This document shows positions 45,092 to 53,812 of a DNA stretch of 60,567 bases, one piece after another. The position numbers and the translations under genes are program-made. How positions within the stretch are numbered: the stretch's first letter is position 1; the number at the start of each line of letters is the position of its first letter. This DNA is from Minisyncoccota bacterium (GTDB taxonomy: Bacteria; Patescibacteriota; Minisyncoccia; Phycocordibacterales; CAIZLB01), in the NCBI GenBank assembly GCA_031973395.1, contig DALYDD010000004.1:447-61013 (forward strand), read 5' to 3'. The notes under the pieces are model-generated. The model was given only the letters and a program-made list of their open reading frames with translations. It ran no database searches and was not told the DNA's origin.

Positions 45092-45328
45092 ATGAACTCA
45101 TTACACGAAAGCCAAAATAATACCCTCACGGTTGAGAATACTGGAAAGCTTTTGTGTGATGAGAAGGCATCTGTAGTTCTCTCAAAGGACACACTCAATG
45201 CTCTTGAAGAGCTTGGCGATGTATTGAGAGGTATTCATAAAAGGATGGTATTTGAAGGATACGAAATTGTGGATGGAAACATTCGCAAACTAGTGCCTCA
45301 AAATGTAAATGTATATGAAAAAGTCTAG
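45092..45328 (+). CDS. small hypothetical protein overlapping the recombinase start (possible accessory/directionality factor)
   Basis: 78 aa. Its 3' end overlaps the recombinase gene by 20 nt. The function is inferred from position only. Confidence 0.35.
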   Translation: MNSLHESQNNTLTVENTGKLLCDEKASVVLSKDTLNALEELGDVLRGIHKRMVFEGYEIVDGNIRKLVPQNVNVYEKV

Positions 45329-47036
45329 TATCAAAACTGAAAAAGATTTGATTGCCGAAATACTCAACGGAAAATACCGTGACTGTTATTTAATATATAA
45401 CCGCAAGAGCACTGACGAAGCCGACAATCAGAAGAACTCCATTTCATATCAAAAATCAGAGAACGCTCGATACGCTTATCGAGAAAAACTTTCAATAGCT
45501 CAAATTACCATTAAAGGTTTCTCTGCCGATGGTATTATTTCCGAAAAACATTCTGGCTTTACCGAAGATGACGATATAAACATCACCGATGATGGCTTGG
45601 TCCAATATAGGATTGATAGACCAAAGTTTCAGAAGATGCTTCAGTTCGTAAGCCAAGGATATTTCAAAGGTGTTATCTGTTTGTGTTGGGACCGTATAAG
45701 CCGAAACAAAGGTGACGATACTCTTATCCGCAAACTTATGCGTAAGGGTGTTGATTTCCGTTTCGTGTATGCCAATTACGAGAAGACCAGCTCTGGTGCT
45801 TTGCATATGGACATCGACGGTATGTTCTCACAACACCACTCACGTGTTACCAGTGAAAAAGTTACCATCACCATACGAAATTCAAGAGAAAAAGGCATTT
45901 GTACCTATCGTGCACCGATTGGATATTTGAATAATGGTACGATGGAAGATAAGCCGATGGACCCATTTCGTGCACCCATCATCAAGCAGATGTATGAGTA
46001 CTATGCTACTGGCGATTGGAGTTTGTCTGACCTCGCTCGTTACGCCAATGAGCAGGGTTTTACGACTGTACCAATGCGACGTAGAAGGACAAAAGAAGAA
46101 ATGCTCGCTGAAGAGGATGAGTTTGAGGAAATTGAAAAGACATCACGCCCTGTAACTGAAAATCATATAAGCAGAATACTCACTAATCCTTTTTATACTG
46201 GAAAGGTCCTCAATTCAGAAGGCAAATACATACCAAGCAATAGCCATCAAGCTATTGTAACCGAAAAGCTATTCGAGGATGTGCAAGCTATACTCAAAAA
46301 GAAAAAAGTGAGTGTTCACTATACTGAAAAACTGGACCAACCACTTCGAGGTATCGTACGTTGTGAACAATGTGGACGTGTTTATACACCTTACACAAAG
46401 AAAGGTATTCAATACTATAACTCTCGATGTGTGAATGGTTGCTCAAACACCCTCAAGAACTTCAACTTTGATTTTATAGATAAGAAAATTGGCGGTCTCA
46501 TCACTGGTCTTCATTTTACCGATGACGAAATTGAGCAGATGGATGCTCGTGCAGGTACAGAGATTGCTTTGCTTGAAGAAAAGCGACACAAGAAACTCGA
46601 CCAAGTAGAGAGAAAGAAGAAAAAGATACGTGAGGACCTTGCGTATCTACGTTCAAATAAAATATCTCTTTTGAAATCTGGAGTTTACACACCAGAAGGT
46701 TATGTTGCTGAAGAGACAAAACTTGATAGCGAACTTTCTGTATTGAAAAACAGTGAAAACATTTCTGACATTGCTATACACGAAACTATGAAGGACGTAC
46801 AAAAACTTTCAGAACTTGTGAAAAACGTTGCACCTTATTACCAATTCGCAAAACCACACGAAAAAGAACAAATTGTTCGTGTTATCTTTTCAGAACTTTC
46901 AGTTTCCCAAAATACGTTGAATTATAAGTGCAAAAAAGGATTTGAGTGCTTTGAAAATCGCTTTCTTGCTGTTTGTGACCCTACGGAGAGTCGAACTCCG
47001 CTTCTCGCCTTGAAAAGGCGATGTCCTAACCGATAG
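45309..47036 (+). CDS. large serine recombinase (integrase) of the island
   Basis: The N-terminal resolvase domain contains YNRKSTDE (Ser nucleophile) and CWDRISRN. The recombinase domain contains YRAPIGY. A zinc ribbon (CEQCG...C..GC) and a coiled coil follow. The last 18 codons read antisense through tRNA-Glu beyond the att core. Confidence 0.85.
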   Translation: MYMKKSSIKTEKDLIAEILNGKYRDCYLIYNRKSTDEADNQKNSISYQKSENARYAYREKLSIAQITIKGFSADGIISEKHSGFTEDDDINITDDGLVQYRIDRPKFQKMLQFVSQGYFKGVICLCWDRISRNKGDDTLIRKLMRKGVDFRFVYANYEKTSSGALHMDIDGMFSQHHSRVTSEKVTITIRNSREKGICTYRAPIGYLNNGTMEDKPMDPFRAPIIKQMYEYYATGDWSLSDLARYANEQGFTTVPMRRRRTKEEMLAEEDEFEEIEKTSRPVTENHISRILTNPFYTGKVLNSEGKYIPSNSHQAIVTEKLFEDVQAILKKKKVSVHYTEKLDQPLRGIVRCEQCGRVYTPYTKKGIQYYNSRCVNGCSNTLKNFNFDFIDKKIGGLITGLHFTDDEIEQMDARAGTEIALLEEKRHKKLDQVERKKKKIREDLAYLRSNKISLLKSGVYTPEGYVAEETKLDSELSVLKNSENISDIAIHETMKDVQKLSELVKNVAPYYQFAKPHEKEQIVRVIFSELSVSQNTLNYKCKKGFECFENRFLAVCDPTESRTPLLALKRRCPNR

Positions 47037-47047
47037 ACGATAGGGCC
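46976..47047 (-). tRNA. tRNA-Glu(UUC): tRNA-Glu (anticodon UUC)
   Basis: GGCCCTATCGTCTATCGGTTAGGACATCGCCTTTTCAAGGCGAGAAGCGGAGTTCGACTCTCCGTAGGGTCA forms a canonical 72-nt cloverleaf. Confidence 0.9.
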
Positions 47048-47342
47048 ATATAGCTGAATAGAGCCTATTATATGCATTTTCTAGGGAAAATCAACCCGGA
47101 AATCTTGGTCTGTCAAACTAGTCTTGAATTGACAAAGCGGTCATCTTTGCCATGATAGAGCCAACATGCTTCTTACCAAGAAAATTCAGGTTTGGTCTAG
47201 TTTCGTCTAGTTTTTCCTTCTGTGCACCATATCTCAGGCGTAGTTTTTGTCTCATGTAGAGATATTGTGACAATAGTACTTTTCTCAAAAAAGCTTCAAA
47301 TTACATTCAAATTCAAATAGTACAAAAGAAAGGAAATAACTC

Positions 47343-47987
47343 ATGCATACAAGAGTGATTAATAATCGCATTGTCGTTGATCTCTGGGCTTTGCGACTCC
47401 CGATTGGAATGGAAGAGATAAAAGCTCTTCTTCACAGAGAAGGCGTCAACATTCTCGACGTGGATGTGGTGGAGATTGCTCGCGAACTTGTGGGCAAAGC
47501 TCGGTGGAAATTCGGAGTATTTCTCCACGAAATGCCGTGCTTCCTGGATTGCTCTGCGCTCACAAAATGGGTGTACGGGCAAAAAGGTATTTGGCTGCCG
47601 CGTCGGTCTATGCAGCAATATCAGTATTGCCAGCAATACGGCCAAATCATCGAGGGTGTGGATCTCATTCAACCTGGGGATCTGGTATTTATGAGCAGTC
47701 ATTATAAATATCAACGGCTCACCGATTCTGATGAGGGGATCGGCCATGTCTGTCTGGCGGTAGATAAAGACAATATCATTTGCGCCACCAATAGTGGCCT
47801 CGGAAATGATGTGGTCGAAATCTCTCTCGCCAAAGCTCTTGAACTCCGGAAGATACGCGCTATCGGAAGAGTCTTCCGTCCAGGCGCTCATCTGAAGACA
47901 CTCGAGCTCCCTGGAAATTGGGAAGTGGAATCCGCTGATGATATTCACTGGATTCTAGACCAAATCCTGGTGGCTGGTGCGGCATAA
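47343..47987 (+). CDS. NlpC/P60 (C40) family peptidoglycan endopeptidase-like protein
   Basis: FLDCSALTKWVYGQKGIWLPRRSMQQY (catalytic Cys block), QPGDLVFM, GHVCLAV (His block). The minus-strand ORF 47313-47948 is its mirror. Confidence 0.7.
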   Translation: MHTRVINNRIVVDLWALRLPIGMEEIKALLHREGVNILDVDVVEIARELVGKARWKFGVFLHEMPCFLDCSALTKWVYGQKGIWLPRRSMQQYQYCQQYGQIIEGVDLIQPGDLVFMSSHYKYQRLTDSDEGIGHVCLAVDKDNIICATNSGLGNDVVEISLAKALELRKIRAIGRVFRPGAHLKTLELPGNWEVESADDIHWILDQILVAGAA

Positions 47988-48098
47988 AACGAGCAGTAGT
48001 CGCATCTGCACGAATACTTGTACAAAGAAACCGAACCCGCAGGGCATTGCCTTGCGGGTTTTCTTTTTACGTATTTATAGTAAGATGATGCTCACAAA

Positions 48099-48171
48099 GG
48101 GCGATTAGCTCAGTTGGTAGAGCGCAACATTGACGTTGTTGATGCCAGAGGTTCGAGTCCTCTATCGCCCA
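48099..48171 (+). tRNA. tRNA-Val(GAC): tRNA-Val (anticodon GAC)
   Basis: GGGCGATTAGCTCAGTTGGTAGAGCGCAACATTGACGTTGTTGATGCCAGAGGTTCGAGTCCTCTATCGCCCA. Confidence 0.92.
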
Positions 48172-48176
48172 CAAAG

Positions 48177-48213
48177 AAAAGAAAAACGCGGACCAAATCC
48201 GCGTTTTTCTTTA
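48177..48213. terminator. bidirectional terminator between tRNA-Val and trxB
   Basis: AAAGAAAAACGCGGA-CCAAA-TCCGCGTTTTTCTTT. Confidence 0.75.
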
Positions 48214-48229
48214 TCTCTCTATTCGACCC

Positions 48230-49177
48230 CTACTTCTTACAGATATGCATATAGATATCCTCAAGCGCCTTGATGGCGTCACCTGCTGCAATATTGTTCT
48301 GGTGGTACAAACCATCTGTACAATCGCCAGCGGCCCAAACTCCAGTCACAGAAGCAGCTTGAGTCATAGGATTCACTTTTATCTTTCCGAATTCATCCAT
48401 AGCCACTAAATCAGCAGCAAAATCGGTATTTGGGATAAGTCCAATCTCAACAAATATTCCGGTAACGGGCAGGTGCTCAACTGTACCAGCAGCATTATTT
48501 TTATAAATAATTCCTTCGACAAACTTGTCTCCACGAACTTCCTCTACGACCGCTTCGGTAATAGCTTTGACATTTTCTTTTGCTAAAATCTTCTCGACAG
48601 TGACAGGGTCTGCACGAAAGTCCTTGCTTCGATTTAGAATAGTGACACTTTTGCAATATGCAGCGAGTTGCGCCGCACTTTCGAATGCGGCATTGCCTCC
48701 GCCAATCACTGCTACGTCTTGATCTGAGAAAATTGGCCCGTCACAAGTGGCACAATAGGTGAGGCCTTTATGTTCGAAAATATCAGCACCTTTAGCTTCG
48801 AGTCGGCGGCGCTTGCTACCGGTGGTGATCAGAATCGTTCGGCCGATATAAGACTCTTCGTCTTTATTTTGTCTTGTAACTTTGAATACATAACTCTCTG
48901 TACCTTCAATGTGGAGTTTCTCAACTTTTCCAACGCGTACACCAGTTTTGATTTCAACAATATCTGCTGCATAAGCTCGCAAATGAGCCTCAAGACTTTT
49001 GGATAAATCAGCACCAGAGATTTTGATGGTACCAATCCAGTTTTCAATACCTTCAGAAACCGAACTTTGACCGTCAAAGTTTTCGGTCAAGAATAATGTT
49101 TTTAGTTTTTTTCGGCTTGCATAGACACCAGCGGCTACGCCGGCGGGTCCACCGCCAATAATGATGAGGTCGTACAT
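48230..49177 (-). CDS. trxB: thioredoxin-disulfide reductase
   Basis: GGGPAG FAD motif, redox-active CATCDG, GGGNAA NADPH motif, GDC..G. Confidence 0.9.
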   Translation of the reverse strand: MYDLIIIGGGPAGVAAGVYASRKKLKTLFLTENFDGQSSVSEGIENWIGTIKISGADLSKSLEAHLRAYAADIVEIKTGVRVGKVEKLHIEGTESYVFKVTRQNKDEESYIGRTILITTGSKRRRLEAKGADIFEHKGLTYCATCDGPIFSDQDVAVIGGGNAAFESAAQLAAYCKSVTILNRSKDFRADPVTVEKILAKENVKAITEAVVEEVRGDKFVEGIIYKNNAAGTVEHLPVTGIFVEIGLIPNTDFAADLVAMDEFGKIKVNPMTQAASVTGVWAAGDCTDGLYHQNNIAAGDAIKALEDIYMHICKK

Positions 49178-49202
49178 AATTTAGGAACTTATTATATCAG
49201 AA

Positions 49203-50432
49203 TTACTTCAACTTCGATCGTCGCAAAAACGCAGGAACGGCAGACCAGTCATCATCATTTGATGTCTCGATTGGTTTTGGTTCGCTGTCAGGCTTCTTTT
49301 CTTCTTCTCGTTTCGGTACTGAGTTAAAGATTCGTCCTCGACTTTCTGCCGCTTCCTCGTCCGCATTTCGGAGAGTTGATTGCGGAACGGTAGATTGGAT
49401 TTGGTTCACATTGTCGCCTGGTCGTGCAAATTGAGGCGCAGAGGTGTCACCGAACAAAGATCGGCGAAATTCTGCTTGAGGGAAGTTTGCAGCAATAACT
49501 GTGATACGGATTTCGTTCTTTTTGAGATTCTCGTCGCGAACTGTACCGAAAATGATTTTTGCATTTGGGTCCACAGAGTCTGTGATAACTTTTGCAGCTT
49601 CCTGGATTTCCCACATAGTGAGATCGTCGCCGCCTGCGATCGAGAAGAGGACACCTTTTGCTCCATGAATAGAAACATCGATGAGTGGAGAGCTGATGGC
49701 TGCTTTTGCAGCTTCCTCGGCTCGTTTTTCACCACTTGCAGTACCGACACCCATGAGGGCTGAACCAGCATTTTCGAGAACGGCGCGAATATCAGCGAAG
49801 TCGATATTACCGACGACACCCGGTGTAGTGATCAAATCTGAAATTCCTTCGACGGCTTCTTTTAACACATCGTCACACATAGCGAATGCATGTTTTGCCG
49901 GGGTGTCTTTTGAAACTGCTGCTGCGAGCTTGTCGTTTGGAATGACCACAAGTGCATCTACTGCTTTACTCAATTCTTCGAGGCCTTGTTCTGCGAGTCG
50001 CATGCGCTGCTGTCCTTCGAATGCGAATGGTTTTGTAACAACTGCAACTGTGAGGGCTCCCATTTCTTTTGCAATCCTTGCAACAACTGGTGCTGCACCT
50101 GTACAAGTTCCACCACCAAGTCCGCCGGCGACAAAGACCATATCAGAATTTTTGAGAGCTTCTTGGATTTCTTCTTTTGTTTCTTCTGCCGCCTTTCGTC
50201 CAACGTCTGGATTCATGCCTGCGCCAAGTCCGCGCGTGAGATTTTTTCCAATATGAATTTTTCTTTTTGCGAGAGAATGATGAAGTTCTTGGGCATCAGT
50301 ATTAACCGCTATAAAATCAATGCCTTTAACTTTGGCATTCACCATGTGATTAATGGCATTTTTTCCTGAACCGCCGCAGCCGACTGCTTTGATTCTCGCA
50401 AATGTTTCAACTTCTGTTTTTACCTGTGGCAT
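49203..50432 (-). CDS. ftsZ: cell division protein FtsZ
   Basis: GCGGSGKNAINHM, the tubulin signature GGLGGGTCTGAAPV, and a C-terminal conserved tail. Confidence 0.95.
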   Translation of the reverse strand: MPQVKTEVETFARIKAVGCGGSGKNAINHMVNAKVKGIDFIAVNTDAQELHHSLAKRKIHIGKNLTRGLGAGMNPDVGRKAAEETKEEIQEALKNSDMVFVAGGLGGGTCTGAAPVVARIAKEMGALTVAVVTKPFAFEGQQRMRLAEQGLEELSKAVDALVVIPNDKLAAAVSKDTPAKHAFAMCDDVLKEAVEGISDLITTPGVVGNIDFADIRAVLENAGSALMGVGTASGEKRAEEAAKAAISSPLIDVSIHGAKGVLFSIAGGDDLTMWEIQEAAKVITDSVDPNAKIIFGTVRDENLKKNEIRITVIAANFPQAEFRRSLFGDTSAPQFARPGDNVNQIQSTVPQSTLRNADEEAAESRGRIFNSVPKREEEKKPDSEPKPIETSNDDDWSAVPAFLRRSKLK

Positions 50433-50709
50433 GATTTTTCTTGGATTATTTGCCTTGTTTGGGCGGATTAGGATACGAATTAAAAGCGAGGGCGCATATC
50501 GATCGGCTTAGTGATCGATATACTTACTCGCGATGGGTATGAGGCCTATTATAGCATTTATTCGATATGTGGAAATAGGGGAGAAGCGTCCTGGAACGAT
50601 TGACAATGGTTGGGTTATGATTTGGAATAAATGGCCTTAAATAAAGCTTTTTAAATAGTTTTTGAATTGTTTGACTATGTTTTTTGTATATTTATTGTAT
50701 GATTATTCT

Positions 50710-51714
50710 ATGAACAAACAAAAAGGGGAAAGCAGGGTTGTGATGACACTTTTAATTGCCATTCTTATTATTGTACTTGTTGGAGTGGCGGTATATTTGG
50801 TGCAACTTTCTAGTGAAGATTTGGCATCGAATACTGATGCACAAAATGCGACTTCTACAAATTCAAATTCGAACAATTCCACCACGAATACGAATCCTCC
50901 TGCGACAACTTCACCAAACGCGGTGCTTGCAGAAAATTGCGGCTTCAAAGTTTTTACTCCTGCTGTAAATACTGTAGTTTCTTTTCCTCTTGCGGTTAAT
51001 GGCGTGATCGATAGTTCGAATTATCGGCGACTCGGATGTAATTGGGGTCGATTTGAAGGACAGGGAGGAACTGCAGAAGTGTTTGCGTTTATAAAAGGAG
51101 AATGGGTGCCTGTTAGTACCTGGAAAGATCGCGGAACGAAAAAACCAATTATGCTTAGCGAAGATTGGACAAGTACTACAACACGCTTCTCTATAAATCT
51201 TTTCCTAGATGAAAGAATTGCTTCTTTGAAATTAGACGAAGGATACCAGGCGCTAACCTCAGGAACAAAGTTGAAAGCGGTATTTACTGAAGATAACGCA
51301 CAGGGCATACCAAATCCAGATAAGCTCGAGATACCGCTCGTATATGCTGGTCCAAAGACAGATACGATGAAGGTTACTATTTTTCTCAATGATATGAATT
51401 CACCGGTAGACTGTGGTGCAGTATATCCCGTGGTCAGAACTGTTCCAAAAACCATTGCTGTCGCCAACGCTTCGCTGCAGGCATTATTTATGGAAGAAAA
51501 TGTTGCACTGCAACCCCTTTATAATGGAATAAAATTGCAGGGGACAACTGCCATTGTCGATTTCAAGCGAGCGGCGCTCACATATCTAGACAGCCCAGCA
51601 TGTATGCAAGCGGCAATAAAATCCCCAATTGAAAAAACTCTTTTGCAATATCCTACAATAAAGAAAGTTGAATACTCAATTGAGGGCAAAATCAAAACAG
51701 ATTGGGATGCTTAG
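50710..51714 (+). CDS. membrane-anchored GerMN-domain protein
   Basis: TM segment, an Asn/Thr-rich linker, and a C-terminal GerMN-like block (VTIFLND....DCG.VYPVVRTVP......A.L.ALF...). Confidence 0.55.
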   Translation: MNKQKGESRVVMTLLIAILIIVLVGVAVYLVQLSSEDLASNTDAQNATSTNSNSNNSTTNTNPPATTSPNAVLAENCGFKVFTPAVNTVVSFPLAVNGVIDSSNYRRLGCNWGRFEGQGGTAEVFAFIKGEWVPVSTWKDRGTKKPIMLSEDWTSTTTRFSINLFLDERIASLKLDEGYQALTSGTKLKAVFTEDNAQGIPNPDKLEIPLVYAGPKTDTMKVTIFLNDMNSPVDCGAVYPVVRTVPKTIAVANASLQALFMEENVALQPLYNGIKLQGTTAIVDFKRAALTYLDSPACMQAAIKSPIEKTLLQYPTIKKVEYSIEGKIKTDWDA

Positions 51715-51744
51715 GTCTCGCAAGTAAAATGTGCTGCGATGCGA

Positions 51745-52989
51745 TTAAGGCAAAAACTTCTTGAGCCAACCCCAAATATTTTTTCCTGTCTTTTCAAAGA
51801 GGCGCTTTACACCAAGCATTTCGATATCAACAGTCGAACTGTCTTCGTTACCTAATCCTAAAATAGCGAGGCCATAGGCTACAGACCATTCGAATTCACG
51901 GTTGATGCCTTTGATATTTCCTTGAAGATTGAGATCACTTTGCTTTGAAGGTAGGTGAAGGGCTACTTTTGCCAACTCTTCGACATTTGCAAGTCCTGCA
52001 CCGCCACCCGTGATAATAATACCAGCAGGCAATAGACCACTGCGGTCGATGCGGCGCAAATGATCGTCGATCAAATCAAAAATATCAGAAAGTCGGGCGA
52101 TGACAATCTCATCCAATTTCTTCTTAGAATAAGAAATCCCTTTATCATTTCCAAGTTTAATTTCATTTGCATCTTCGAGGCTTAGTTTGAGTCCGAGTGC
52201 AATATCGTTGGTGACATCATTTGATCCAAAAGGAAAAACTTCCATTGAGATAGGAATATTATTCTCAAAGACTATGATTGAGCTGGTTTCCGAACCGATA
52301 TTTGCAAGCAGACAGCCGGCAATTTTTTGTGTTTTATTTAGGGTGACAATACTCGCCGCCATTGGTGCTGCGATGACGTCTAATGCTTCAAGGTCTGCTT
52401 CTTCGAGTGCGAGCAATAAGTCACTCAAATGATGAGCGAGGCAAGTGATATACAGAACACGTGCTTCGAGGCGGAGGCCTTTGAGGCCTTGGGGTTTGCC
52501 AAGTACCTTCTTTCCGTCGATTCGATATTCGAGAGGAATGGTATGAATAATCTTGCGGTTCTGAATATAGAGGTGAGGGAGCTCTTTTTCACTCTCTTCG
52601 ATGGCGCGGCGTACATCGAGATCTGTAATTTCAGAATCCGCTTTTGTAGTATTTACAACTCCTGATGCGATGATTGCACCCAAACCAATTCCGCCGACAG
52701 AAACAAAAGCACGCTTGATGGTAACGCCTGCGCTTTTTTGTGCTTGATCTACTGCGGCACGAATACTTTTGGCCACTTCTGGAATCTGGGTAATATATCC
52801 ATGACGCATGCCACGAGTTTCTGCAATACCAGTACCAATGATGCGAGGTGATTGCTCAGATTTTCCTTGACTGGCCACTTTTTCTCCGCGAGCATTTCGG
52901 CTTTCTCCAGAAGAATAGTCGGCGACAATAACCTTGACTTGGTTAGTGCCTATATCGATTCCGACTGAATATGAACGACCGATTGCCAT
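51745..52989 (-). CDS. ftsA: cell division protein FtsA
   Basis: Actin-fold motifs VGIDIGTNQVKV and ITGGGAGLANVEELA. Adjacent to ftsZ. Confidence 0.9.
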   Translation of the reverse strand: MAIGRSYSVGIDIGTNQVKVIVADYSSGESRNARGEKVASQGKSEQSPRIIGTGIAETRGMRHGYITQIPEVAKSIRAAVDQAQKSAGVTIKRAFVSVGGIGLGAIIASGVVNTTKADSEITDLDVRRAIEESEKELPHLYIQNRKIIHTIPLEYRIDGKKVLGKPQGLKGLRLEARVLYITCLAHHLSDLLLALEEADLEALDVIAAPMAASIVTLNKTQKIAGCLLANIGSETSSIIVFENNIPISMEVFPFGSNDVTNDIALGLKLSLEDANEIKLGNDKGISYSKKKLDEIVIARLSDIFDLIDDHLRRIDRSGLLPAGIIITGGGAGLANVEELAKVALHLPSKQSDLNLQGNIKGINREFEWSVAYGLAILGLGNEDSSTVDIEMLGVKRLFEKTGKNIWGWLKKFLP

Positions 52990-53107
52990 GTGGATAATTA
53001 ATAGAAAATAGCGCTTTATATATCACTATTTCATCAAATTATACCACTTGAGGCCAGGAGTATCAATGAATAGGGATGGTGGATAAATTGATATACAATT
53101 TCAATCA

Positions 53108-53533
53108 CTAAACCTTAAACTTTTTCCTCGTCTTCATTTCAGCAACCTCCATCTTTTTTGCAGCAGAATCATTTTCATGATCCATGCCCTTCAAATGATA
53201 CAATCCGTGTATAAAAAGAAATTTCAAATAGTTTTCAGGCGCTCTGTCAAATTCTTTTGCTTTCGATCGCGCCTTATCAGGATTGATGAAAATCTCGCCG
53301 CAACAGCAGTCAATTTCAAAACTCAAAATATCCGTAGTATAATCTTTTTTTCTATGTTCGCGATTGAGGGTGCGCATTCTATCTTTGCCGACAAAAACCA
53401 GGCTTAGATCGTACTGTTTGCCAAGGACATGATTTTTTGCAGACTGAAAAAACACACCATCAATGCGAGGTGTGTTTTTTCGAGAAAGCGTGCTTCCAAT
53501 GGTCAGGCTCGATGATTCAAAAATGACCTTCAT
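53108..53533 (-). CDS. ybeY: rRNA maturation RNase YbeY
   Basis: HGLYHLKGMDHE zinc motif. 141 aa. Confidence 0.9.
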   Translation of the reverse strand: MKVIFESSSLTIGSTLSRKNTPRIDGVFFQSAKNHVLGKQYDLSLVFVGKDRMRTLNREHRKKDYTTDILSFEIDCCCGEIFINPDKARSKAKEFDRAPENYLKFLFIHGLYHLKGMDHENDSAAKKMEVAEMKTRKKFKV

Positions 53534-53555
53534 GGGGTGCGTAGAATTGGCGAGA

Positions 53556-53798
53556 TTATCGCTTCTTCTTTTTGTCGTTTACGAGTTTGCCGAGCTTAGC
53601 CAATTTTTCACGAGCTTCTCGTCGTTTCATAACTTCGAGGGCAGCCTTCTTTTTCTTGTAGTGAGAAAGAGTTCGTTCTGCTTCTTTGAGGCCTCGTACA
53701 CGGTTAAGAATCCCAGAGTCCTGAGTTCTTTTTGTGAAGCGGCGGATCAATGAAGAGGCGCTTTCGTTTTGGTTTCGTTCTACTGATACATTTGCCAT
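53556..53798 (-). CDS. rpsU: 30S ribosomal protein S21
   Basis: 80 aa, basic. NESASSLIRRFTKRTQDSGIL...KKKK pattern. Confidence 0.8.
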   Translation of the reverse strand: MANVSVERNQNESASSLIRRFTKRTQDSGILNRVRGLKEAERTLSHYKKKKAALEVMKRREAREKLAKLGKLVNDKKKKR

Positions 53799-53812
53799 AG
53801 GGAGCTACTTTA

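Larger units (their letters stand above)
37319..46981. mobile_element. ~9.65 kb integrated element (large-serine-recombinase island) in the 3' end of tRNA-Glu
   Basis: An identical 8-nt core TGTGACCC occurs at 37319-37326 and 46974-46981. Joining the flanks restores the tRNA + hairpin + module architecture seen at tRNA-Arg and tRNA-Phe. The serine recombinase gene sits at the right end. The contents are replication-like and orphan genes. Confidence 0.75.

Noticed and set aside
47118-47255. 45-codon minus-strand ORF (MRQKLRLRYGAQKEKLDE...) between tRNA-Glu and the NlpC/P60 gene.
   Set aside because: It is too short, has no ribosome-binding signal and no motif. It is mentioned only as possible relic material.
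47313-47948. 211-aa minus-strand ORF.
   Set aside because: It is the mirror frame of the plus-strand NlpC/P60 gene, which has clear catalytic Cys/His blocks. The minus-strand product has no motif.
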